A DNA stretch of 64,000 nucleotides. Source: Oscillospiraceae bacterium (lineage in GTDB: Bacteria; Bacillota; Clostridia; Oscillospirales; CAG-272). The first letter of the stretch is position 1; the number at the start of each line of letters is the position of its first letter. Below the pieces are notes generated by a model. It was not told the DNA's origin and ran no database searches. It was given only the letters and a program-made list of their open reading frames with translations. Shown one piece after another: positions 27,442-36,400 of the stretch. The DNA lies in assembly GCA_015064505.1 (NCBI GenBank), contig SVSB01000006.1, positions 1,233-65,232 of the forward strand. The letters are read 5' to 3'. A program made the position numbers and the translations under genes.

Positions 27442-28122
27442 CTAAAGCTCGTACAGCACGCCGTCACGCATTTCGACCACCCTGTCCGCGCTGTCCGCAA
27501 CCGTCATATCGTGGGTGACCACCACGAGAGTCTGACCGAGGAGCTTCTTCGTTTCCGTGAAAAGGCGAAGGACCTCCTCGGAATTCTGTCTGTCCAGATT
27601 TCCCGTGGGCTCGTCGGCAAAAAGAACCTGCGGGCGGTTTATGAGCGCACGGGCAAGAGCAACCCTCTGCTGCTGTCCTCCCGAAAGCTCGGAGGGCAGA
27701 TGGTGCAGACGATCCTTGAGCCCGAGAGAGGAAACCAGCTTTTTCAGATGCTCCTCGTAGGTGTGATCCTCTCTGCCGCACATAACGGTGGGAACGAGTA
27801 TGTTTTCAAGGGCGGTAAGCTGGGGGATCAGATTGTGATTCTGGAACACGATACCGATATTATTGCCGCGGAAGCGGGCGAGGGCATCGGCGTTCAGCTT
27901 ACTGAGGTCGGTGCCGCGGACTATCACCTTGCCGTCGTTTGGGCGCATAAGCCCCGCGCAAATATGCAAAAAAGTGCTTTTACCGGAGCCTGAGGCGCCG
28001 ACTATGGCTACGAACTCCCCGTCCCGCACCTTAAGCTTTGCACGGTTGCAGGCATAGACCACCTGATCGTATTGCTTGTAATGCTTTATTACGTCAACGG
28101 CTTCAAGAATGTATTCAGACAT
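27442..28122 (-). CDS. ABC transporter ATP-binding protein (MacB/LolD/FtsE type)
   Basis: Walker A is GASGSGKST, the signature is LSGGQQQRVALARA and Walker B is VLFADEPTGNLD. Confidence 0.9.
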   Translation of the reverse strand: MSEYILEAVDVIKHYKQYDQVVYACNRAKLKVRDGEFVAIVGASGSGKSTFLHICAGLMRPNDGKVIVRGTDLSKLNADALARFRGNNIGIVFQNHNLIPQLTALENILVPTVMCGREDHTYEEHLKKLVSSLGLKDRLHHLPSELSGGQQQRVALARALINRPQVLFADEPTGNLDRQNSEEVLRLFTETKKLLGQTLVVVTHDMTVADSADRVVEMRDGVLYEL

Positions 28123-28128
28123 AACTGT

Positions 28129-30369
28129 TTACTCCGTATAAAGTTTTTTGTTGCGTTCCGTTTTTTCTTCTCTTACGGCGATAAGGCACATTACGGAACA
28201 CGCCAGAGAGATGCAAAGAAGCGCCGCAACGAATATAATAACGAAGAGCATCGGATCCGCCTTGCTTTGGCTTATTATGGGCATATCGGCAAAGAAGATA
28301 TTGGGAAGCACCCTGTCGCAAAATACCGAAGCGCCCCAAACCGAGGCAAAGCACAATGGCAAGGTAACCGCCGCACACACCCCGAAGAACACGGGAATAT
28401 CCCAAATATGCATTTTTACTATACTTGAATTCGGTGCAAACATTGCCCGAAGCACGGACATCTCCCCCGCCCTTTTGCGGTAGAACAGCGCAAGTGAGTA
28501 AGCAAGAGGCAGAAGCGATATTGCTATCAGAGTAAATCCCGCGCAGATTAGCATCTCCGCCCACCCCTCTGCAGAGTTTTCCGCGTTTTGGGTCTGCTCT
28601 CCCACGTACTCAAGAGTGCCCAGATCCCAGGCGTCGTTAAGAAGGCGGATATTCTGAACGGTATTCAGCTCCTCCGCGTTTTCGGCAAGAGAGATAGAAA
28701 GAGAGTTATGCACGGGTATCTCTCCCGTCACCTGTGAAAACAGCTCGTCGGATACGTACAGAGCAAAGCCCGCATTGGGGGAAGGCGCGTCCTTTACCAC
28801 CGCAACCACGTTAAGCTCCACGGTCTTGTAAATATACTGTTCTGCCATCTGGGATATCTTATATACTCCCGTAGATCCTTCCTCCACCGTACCCCGCGAA
28901 TTGACGTATATCCAAAGTGTAAGCTTATCTCCGGGCCTGAAGCGGAAAGCACGGTCGTTCTCGGCGGTTTCTCCCACTATAACGTCATAACCGCCGCTAA
29001 AGGTCGTTATATCACCTTCAACGGTATAGATGTCCGCAAGGGATGCGGCGGTTGCGGCATCACAGGCGCAAAGACGGAAATAGTCCGTGAGGCTGTGACC
29101 GTCAAGATACGGATTTGCCGCCGCAATACCCACTTTTTTCACCGACGAGCTTTCCATAGAGATCAGATGGGAATAATACCGCGCGTCCTGCTCGGGCACC
29201 GTTTCGCTTACGTGGGCAACTCCCTTTATATCCTTAAGTCCCTTAACGGCTATCTCGTGATCCTCGCCGTTTTCAAGCACGAGAACGTACTCGCTTCCGT
29301 ATTCGCTCATATAATCGCGGCTTTTTTCAAGTGCGCCCGCGCAGGTTACAGCAAAAAAGAAGGCGGCGGCGCAAAGCGCAAAGGAAACGCCTGTGGAAAG
29401 GATGAATTTTCTGAAGCGCCACAGCGATAAAAGCTCGTAATTCTTTGGAAAAGCGTTTCGCACTCCAAGGCTTGAACGGCGTGGGGATGAAGCAAGATCC
29501 GCGCTCTCCTTTGCCGCAAGCAGCTCCGTTGGCTGGACAAGTGACATTGCTCTGGTGCGCAGATATGCCGCACCGAAGGAGGCAAGGCAAACGCAGGGCA
29601 GAACAAGCAGCGCAAGGCGCAGGGCAAGATAGAACGTACCGCCCGCAAGACTTGAGCAGTAATACGCCAGAAGCGCACCGCATACGGCGGCGGGCAGATA
29701 GGTGACGGCAGCACACACTGCAAGCTCAAGTCCCGAGGAAAGGGCAAGTCTGCGCGTATCCGCGCCCCAGGATATGTAAACGCCGAAAACGAATCTTTCC
29801 TGCCTCGTTCTTATGCCGTACAGTATCGCAAGAAACAAAAGGCTGACCCCGAACGCGGCGGCAAATCCGCCCACGGCAACGGGTGCCGTTTCTTTCCATT
29901 TCACGTACAACCTGTATTCGGGGGAATATCTGACGGAAACGTATCCTCCCTGCTCTCCGAAGGCGCCGAGATACCTTTCCGCGTTTGAGGCAAGCACCTC
30001 TCTTGCGTGGATAAGATCTCTTTCCGTAAATCGGAGATAGATATCGTATACCTCCTCGCCGTCCACGGTGCGTTTATCGTAAAAAGCGGTATCGAAAACG
30101 TCCATACCGCCTCTCGGGGGTCTGTATCCCACGAGAAAGCTCTTTTGGGAGGAGTTAAGACCTACGTAGCAGAGATGCCATTCCTTATCCTCCGTTCTGC
30201 CGCCCGAACGGGAAACGAGAGTGCTGTCGTAAGAAAAGGCGACGAGGCACAGAGCCGTCTGAATAATAAAAAGCGCGGCAAAAAAGCACGCGAATTCTCT
30301 TGCACCGCGAAATACTCTGTTTGCCGCAAATGAAATATTCCTTTTTACAGCGGATAGTATTCTCTCCAT
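28129..30369 (-). CDS. FtsX-like ABC permease with duplicated 4-TM modules and large extracytoplasmic domains
   Basis: 746 aa with two clusters of TM helices separated by a long soluble region. It lies immediately upstream of the ATPase gene. Confidence 0.75.
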   Translation of the reverse strand: MERILSAVKRNISFAANRVFRGAREFACFFAALFIIQTALCLVAFSYDSTLVSRSGGRTEDKEWHLCYVGLNSSQKSFLVGYRPPRGGMDVFDTAFYDKRTVDGEEVYDIYLRFTERDLIHAREVLASNAERYLGAFGEQGGYVSVRYSPEYRLYVKWKETAPVAVGGFAAAFGVSLLFLAILYGIRTRQERFVFGVYISWGADTRRLALSSGLELAVCAAVTYLPAAVCGALLAYYCSSLAGGTFYLALRLALLVLPCVCLASFGAAYLRTRAMSLVQPTELLAAKESADLASSPRRSSLGVRNAFPKNYELLSLWRFRKFILSTGVSFALCAAAFFFAVTCAGALEKSRDYMSEYGSEYVLVLENGEDHEIAVKGLKDIKGVAHVSETVPEQDARYYSHLISMESSSVKKVGIAAANPYLDGHSLTDYFRLCACDAATAASLADIYTVEGDITTFSGGYDVIVGETAENDRAFRFRPGDKLTLWIYVNSRGTVEEGSTGVYKISQMAEQYIYKTVELNVVAVVKDAPSPNAGFALYVSDELFSQVTGEIPVHNSLSISLAENAEELNTVQNIRLLNDAWDLGTLEYVGEQTQNAENSAEGWAEMLICAGFTLIAISLLPLAYSLALFYRKRAGEMSVLRAMFAPNSSIVKMHIWDIPVFFGVCAAVTLPLCFASVWGASVFCDRVLPNIFFADMPIISQSKADPMLFVIIFVAALLCISLACSVMCLIAVREEKTERNKKLYTE

Positions 30370-30605
30370 CCGTTCACCGCCCTTTTAATCACTTTACCCA
30401 AGTAAATTCTACAACAATTATATACAGATTTCAACACCCATTTTCGATTATATTTGAACAATGTGTAAATTCCGTGAATTTTTTCAAAAACCACTTGCAT
30501 ATTTGACAAAATCAAGATATAATGGCATACGGAGAAAGTTGGACCAAATTGCAAATAAAGATTGATAAAAAATAAACATTCACATATACAAAAAAAGGAG
30601 AAGCT

Positions 30606-32384
30606 ATGACACAGAACAAGTACATCAACGAGTGGATAGCCGAAATGGCTGCAATGACCACTCCCGACTCCATCGTTTGGATCGACGGCACCGAGGAGCA
30701 GGCAGAAAAGCTCCGCGCAGAGGCTTGCGCTACCGGTGAGATGATCAAGCTCAACGAGGAGCTCCTTCCCAACTGCTACCTCCATCGCACCGCAATAAAC
30801 GACGTTGCGCGCGTTGAGGGCAGAACCTTCATCTGCACCTCCAAGAAGGAGGATGCGGGTAACATCAACAACTGGATGGATCCCAAGGAGTGCTACGAGA
30901 AGCTCTCCAAGCTCTACAAGGGCGCAATGAAGGGACGCACCATGTACGTAATTCCCTACTCCATGGGCGTTGTAGGCTCTGATTTTGCTAGGTACGGCAT
31001 CGAGCTTACCGACTCTATCTACGTTGTTCTTAACATGCTTATCATGACCCGCGTTGGCGTAAACGTTCTCACCGAGCTCGGTGATTCCGCAGACTTCATC
31101 AAGGGTCTTCACGCAAAGGCAGACCTCGACGAGGAGAACCGTTACATCGTTCACTTCCCCGAGGACAACACCATCTGGAGCGTTAACTCCGGCTACGGCG
31201 GAAACGTTCTTCTTGGTAAGAAGTGCTTCGCGCTCCGCATTGCATCCTTCCTTGGCAGAAACGAGGGCTGGATGGCAGAGCACATGCTCATCCTCGGCGT
31301 TGAGTATCCCAACGGAGATATCAAGTACATCACCGCTGCATTCCCCTCTGCTTGCGGTAAGACCAACCTTGCAATGCTCATTCCTCCGGAAATTTACCGC
31401 AAGAAGGGCTACAAGGTATGGTGCGTAGGCGACGATATCGCTTGGCTCCGCGTAGGTAAGGACGGCAGACTCTGGGCAGTTAACCCTGAGAACGGCTTCT
31501 TCGGCGTTGCTCCCGGTACTAACGAGAACTCCAACCCCAATGCACTTCACACCTGTCTCCGCGATACCATCTTTACCAACGTTGTTCACAACCTTGACAA
31601 CAACACCGTTTGGTGGGAAGGTCTTGACAAGAATCCTCCCGCAAACGCTATCGACTGGAAGGGCAACAAGTGGGATTACACCAAGTACAACAAGGCTGAT
31701 AAGTCCACCTGCGGCGCTCATCCCAACTCCCGCTTCACCGCAAGTGCAGCTAACTGCCCCTGCATCTCCTCCGAGTTCAACTCCCTTACCGGTGTTCCCG
31801 TAAGCGCTATCGTATTCGGCGGACGCCGTGCACGTACCGCTCCCCTGGTATACCAGTCCACCTCTTGGCAGAACGGTACCTTCGTTGGTTCCATCATGGC
31901 TTCCGAGACCACCGCAGCCGCTACCGGCGCTGTTGGCGTTGTTCGCCGCGATCCCATGGCTATGCGTCCCTTCGTTGGTTACAATATGGGTGATTACTTC
32001 GCTCACTGGCTCAACATGGGCAAGCGCATCCCCAATCCTCCCAAGATCTTCAACGTTAACTGGTTCCGTACCGACAAGGACGGCAACTTCATCTGGCCCG
32101 GATTCGGCGACAATATGCGCGTTCTTCTCTGGATCCTTGCACGTTGCGAGGGCAAGATCGACGCTGTTGAAACTCCTATCGGTTACGTTCCTCACGCAGA
32201 GGACATCGATATTGAGGGTCTTGACATCACCGTTGACACCGTTCGCGAGCTTCTCTCCGTTGATACCGAGGCATGGCTTGAGGACGTTAAGGGCATCAAG
32301 GAATTCTACGACCTCGTTGGCGAGAGAGTTCCCGCAGAGCTTCACGACGAGCTCAAGGCTCTTGAAGCAAGACTTACCAAGTAA
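30606..32384 (+). CDS. pckG: phosphoenolpyruvate carboxykinase (GTP)
   Basis: 592 aa. The kinase-1a P-loop is FPSACGKTNLAML. WMAEHMLILG and the overall layout are typical of GTP-type PEPCK. The RBS AAAGGAGAA is strong. Confidence 0.9.
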   Translation: MTQNKYINEWIAEMAAMTTPDSIVWIDGTEEQAEKLRAEACATGEMIKLNEELLPNCYLHRTAINDVARVEGRTFICTSKKEDAGNINNWMDPKECYEKLSKLYKGAMKGRTMYVIPYSMGVVGSDFARYGIELTDSIYVVLNMLIMTRVGVNVLTELGDSADFIKGLHAKADLDEENRYIVHFPEDNTIWSVNSGYGGNVLLGKKCFALRIASFLGRNEGWMAEHMLILGVEYPNGDIKYITAAFPSACGKTNLAMLIPPEIYRKKGYKVWCVGDDIAWLRVGKDGRLWAVNPENGFFGVAPGTNENSNPNALHTCLRDTIFTNVVHNLDNNTVWWEGLDKNPPANAIDWKGNKWDYTKYNKADKSTCGAHPNSRFTASAANCPCISSEFNSLTGVPVSAIVFGGRRARTAPLVYQSTSWQNGTFVGSIMASETTAAATGAVGVVRRDPMAMRPFVGYNMGDYFAHWLNMGKRIPNPPKIFNVNWFRTDKDGNFIWPGFGDNMRVLLWILARCEGKIDAVETPIGYVPHAEDIDIEGLDITVDTVRELLSVDTEAWLEDVKGIKEFYDLVGERVPAELHDELKALEARLTK

Positions 32385-32407
32385 TTTTAAAAGATATAGC
32401 ACCGAAA

Positions 32408-32438
32408 ACGGGATGCCGCGCGCGGCATCCCGTTTTTT
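32408..32438 (+). terminator. intrinsic terminator of pckG
   Basis: 13-bp stem ACGGGATGCCGCG/CGCGGCATCCCGT followed by TTTTTT. Confidence 0.85.
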
Positions 32439-32530
32439 GCATAACGCCCCTTGATTACGGCAACTCACCGTAAGAGCCGTTGATTTTTCGGCGTTGTTAT
32501 ATTATGATAAAAGCGCAAGGAGGCGATACC

Positions 32531-32968
32531 GTGAAGATACACATTGAAAAGGACCCGACCTGTAATGAAACGGAAATAATCATCCGTTGCCGCGAGATAG
32601 ATACGGAGCTGCGTGAGCTTATATCGAATATGGGCACGGCGGGAAGGACGGTAGCAGGCGAAAAGGACGGCGAAACGTATTTCATTCCCATATCCGATAT
32701 TTACTATTTTGAAACGGTTGACGGAAAAACGTTCTTTTACACGGAAAACAATACGTACAGATGCGAAACCAAGCTGTACCTGATAGAAGAAAGCCTGAAC
32801 GCCTCATACCTTGCGCGGGTTTCAAAAAGCACTATTGCAAATCTCCGCAAGGTGAGAAGCATAAAGAAGGACAAAAACGCGCGGCTTATCGGAACGTTGA
32901 TAAACGGCGAAAAGATAATCATATCTCGCTTTTACGTTCCCGATATCCGCGAAAAACTGGGGGTGTGA
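32531..32968 (+). CDS. stand-alone LytTR-domain DNA-binding protein
   Basis: Start set at GTG 32531, 7 nt after AAGGAGG. The LytTR pattern is IPISDIYYFETVDGKTFFYTENNTYRCETKLYLIEESL...FARVSKSTIANLRKV. There is no receiver domain. Confidence 0.8.
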   Translation: MKIHIEKDPTCNETEIIIRCREIDTELRELISNMGTAGRTVAGEKDGETYFIPISDIYYFETVDGKTFFYTENNTYRCETKLYLIEESLNASYLARVSKSTIANLRKVRSIKKDKNARLIGTLINGEKIIISRFYVPDIREKLGV

Positions 32969-32970
32969 AT

Positions 32971-33408
32971 ATGCGTAACAAGATACTAAAGTGGATCCAC
33001 GATGCGTTTTTCGCTATGGGAGTGGTTACCTTGCTCACTCTGATACTTTCAAAATTCTACGATAACATCTGCATTCATTTTTTGGAGTGGATGGTGTTGA
33101 CGACGGGTGTCGGCGCGATCATCGAAGGCGTGGTTCACGAATACAGGCTGTTTTCCCAAAAACGTGTTGTTCGCAGCGCAATATTAGGTCTTTTTGTCTC
33201 CGTGTTCTTTCTGCTGACCTTTGATTTTGACCATTATTACCCGGGGATGTCAGATATGAATAACTGGCGGTTGTGGATATCGACCATATTAAGCGTTGTG
33301 CTTGTGGTAGCTACAATCGGAGCCATACAAGACAAGCTGTACGTGAGAAGCCTGAAGAAAATAAACAAAAAGCTTGAGGATATGAACGACTTCAAAGAAG
33401 ATAAATAG
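32971..33408 (+). CDS. small 4-TM membrane protein (DUF3021-like), probable partner of the LytTR protein
   Basis: ATG at 32971 is 2 nt after the LytTR stop. It is 145 aa with four hydrophobic helices. Confidence 0.6.
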   Translation: MRNKILKWIHDAFFAMGVVTLLTLILSKFYDNICIHFLEWMVLTTGVGAIIEGVVHEYRLFSQKRVVRSAILGLFVSVFFLLTFDFDHYYPGMSDMNNWRLWISTILSVVLVVATIGAIQDKLYVRSLKKINKKLEDMNDFKEDK

Positions 33409-33420
33409 ACAAAAGCATCA

Positions 33421-33458
33421 ACCGAAAATCCTTCTCCCGCGGGAGAAGGATTTTCGGT
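33421..33458. terminator. bidirectional terminator
   Basis: Perfect 18-bp stem ACCGAAAATCCTTCTCCC / GGGAGAAGGATTTTCGGT between convergent genes. Confidence 0.8.
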
Positions 33459-33498
33459 TGAAACAAGAATGAAAATGTAATATACCGCGTCTTACGGA

Positions 33499-36400
33499 TT
33501 ATTGGGTCTGCACAGCATCGATCTCATCAATCACACTAAACACTCCGTCACGTTCCACAAGCACCACAATGATTGCCATAGATCGTTTTTCCGCACAGTC
33601 AAATTCAATATAAACGTCCCATACTTTATCCGTGGGAAGTATTCCGAATTCTTCTGATTCAGGCGGATTTTTATACTGAGCCGAAAGCTTTCCCGAATAG
33701 GCATGATCCGCATAGATCTTCAAATTGGAAAACTGTCTTGCGCTCCGTCCGCCTTTTCCGACAACTCGTGTATAGTCACTGTCAGCGCGCAAATGGTGAT
33801 CTATTGCCTGCTCCAACGTTTCGACGGGTATTGGATCAAATCCGAACACGTAGCTGTATTTTCTTATCACAGGTTTGCCTTCAAGGTATATCTTTTCCGT
33901 TAAAAGCCTGTTTTGCTCATCGTAATACTTATAGGGATCAGCAACAAGCTCGCCTTTCTCGTTATAATATTCATACGAGTCCATAAACAAAGCACCTCTG
34001 CTATAATACGACTGTGTACGCTCGTAAACGAGCAAACTGTTTTCGTAATGCTTGGTGATGTGTTCAAAAACGGTAAGCCCGCTCGGACCATACTTGTATT
34101 CGTGGATCTCAACCGCCAGCTCTTCAGCGCCGATAAGCTTACCTATGTTCTCAATGCTTGCGGGCACGATCAAGGTCGTCAGCTTCGTTCCGTAAAACGC
34201 GTTATCGTCGATATACTTAACGCTGTCGGGAAGCGTATATTCGCCCGTTCTTGCAGGCGGGAATGCGACGAGAGTTTCCATATCCTTGGTATAGATCGCG
34301 CCGTCCACGGTAACGTAATTGAGGCTCATATCTTGGAACTCAAACCGTTCCGTTCTGCCGGATATCAAGGTTGGAGAAGCTGCAAAATTAATTTGCTTGT
34401 TCGGAAAAGTGATAACGGTCTGCGGCATATATGAGTGTTCGTTTAAAAACGATTGCAGGTACTCGACGTTTTCTGCGGAAAGCTCCTGCACGTTAACGTA
34501 AAGCTCGCCTTGACCCAATCGGATATTTATTATGTTTCCGGGGGGAGATATCGTTATTACCGTATCATCCCAAGGACTGCCCACGTTTACCGAACGCAAG
34601 ATACCGTCAAGCGTCTCAGGGGAAATACCGATATCCGCATTGAACATCATATACACGTAATAACCGTTATTAAAAACAGCATAACAGTGTACGTGCTCCG
34701 TAACACCCCAATCAGGATAATCGGGAGCCTCTGCGTAAACGTAGTATGCATACGGGTCGCTTTCGGTTCCCTTTTTTTCCGAAACTGCGTTAAGAAGCCC
34801 TCCTCTGTAAGTACGCAACAAATCAAGATTGATTCCGCTTGCTGCGGGAGACATCGTTGTTGCGACTGCAAAATGGATTATTTGACTTCTGGCTGCCGTT
34901 GCGCCGGAAACTGTCCAGGTATTGGGCAGGGAAAGCTTCACCCTGCACTTCACCGTACTGTCCGTGGAGTCCGTCAGATTCATTTCCGTTTGGGTCATTG
35001 CGTTGCTTATCGGTGCACTCTCAAGCTTTTCTGCATTTGTGAATCTTCTATACTGTACCGAGTCCTCCTCAAAATACAAATGGCTCCTGCCTGCGAAGCT
35101 TACGTAACTTAAAGTCACCTTATCACAGGGCTCCCAATCAAGGGAAGCGGGAAGAGAAAACGTGTAATACCAACCGTTCGAATAAATGCGGTATTCTCTT
35201 GCGCTCTTATCCTCGCTGAGATCACCTTTTTTGATGATCACTCCGGTAACTGTGGACGTTTTCACGTCAACCTCGTCAATGGCACGGTATATTCCGGATC
35301 TATCCTTAACGACCACTATGGGAACGGACACGTTACCTTCCCAGCCGCCCCAGAAATCAGCCTTCACAACCGTAACGGAGCTACCGGGTTCAAAACCCAA
35401 TCTCTCCGCAACCGCAGCGTCTTCGTACATCCTGCTTATCTCTTCCGCATCCTCAAACTCGTAATTGATAACAAGATCTCTGTACGTCTTTGGATTTGAT
35501 CCGCCTTTGGCAGGTGTTGTCCACATACTGGTATTTCCAAGCCAATGCTTTACTGCATCCTCAACAGTGTAGATAAGAGACGGAGTCACACCGTCGTGAT
35601 ATACGTACTCCCGTTGTACAGGCTTTCCGTTTTCAAAGTACGTTTCACTTACAACTCTGCCGCTGCCGTCATATTTCTTGGAGGTATACTCCCCTTCCGT
35701 TCCGTCCGCATTATAGTATTGCATATATTCGGAGCTGATACGGTCGTAAGAGCTTGTGTATGCAGTTCGTCTGTAGAAATACTGCAGCACGCCGTCAATG
35801 TAAAAGTACGTTTCGTCAATAGGAACTATCTCGCGGTAATACGTGTATACGTGCTTATGGCATTTTTCATCTACGATTGCCGTAACGGTTTTCTTCACCA
35901 ATTCGCCCAAAACGTTATATTCTTCGATCTCGCTTTTTGCAAGCTTGACTTCAACCCCGTCTGCGCCGTTCAATGCACCAAGGCGCTCGATGCTTGCAGG
36001 CAGGATCAAGGTTGTCAGCTTCGTTCCGTAAAATGCGTTATCGTCGATATACTTAACGCCGTCGGGAAGCGTATATTCCCCTGTTCTTGCAGGTGGGAAT
36101 GCAACGAGAGTTTCCATATCCTTGGTATAGATCGCACCGTCCGACACCGTATATAATATGCAATCGTCAGATACGGCGTACGCCTCGGTTCTGGACGAAA
36201 TAAAGTTGGGAGAATGCATAATGTAGAGGTATTTACTATATAGCGCCAACGTCGGCGGATAAGCAGATTGCACTCCCCAAAAAGAGGAATCGTTAAGGAT
36301 TCCGGCACAAGCGCTTACGTCCTTTTCGTCAAGGGTTATGACGGTAAGGGCAAACTCGTCACTGTTCGACCTGGCACCTATGCTATCACGCGTATGATCC

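Noticed and set aside
30345-32468. 707-aa ORF on the minus strand, the longest unexplained ORF in the track
   Set aside because: It lies exactly antisense to the full-length GTP-PEPCK gene, which has clear catalytic motifs, a strong RBS and a terminator. The antisense product is low-complexity (rich in G/V/A/N), has no RBS and runs through the pckG promoter and terminator. A long stop-free antisense frame fits the strong codon bias of a highly expressed gene.
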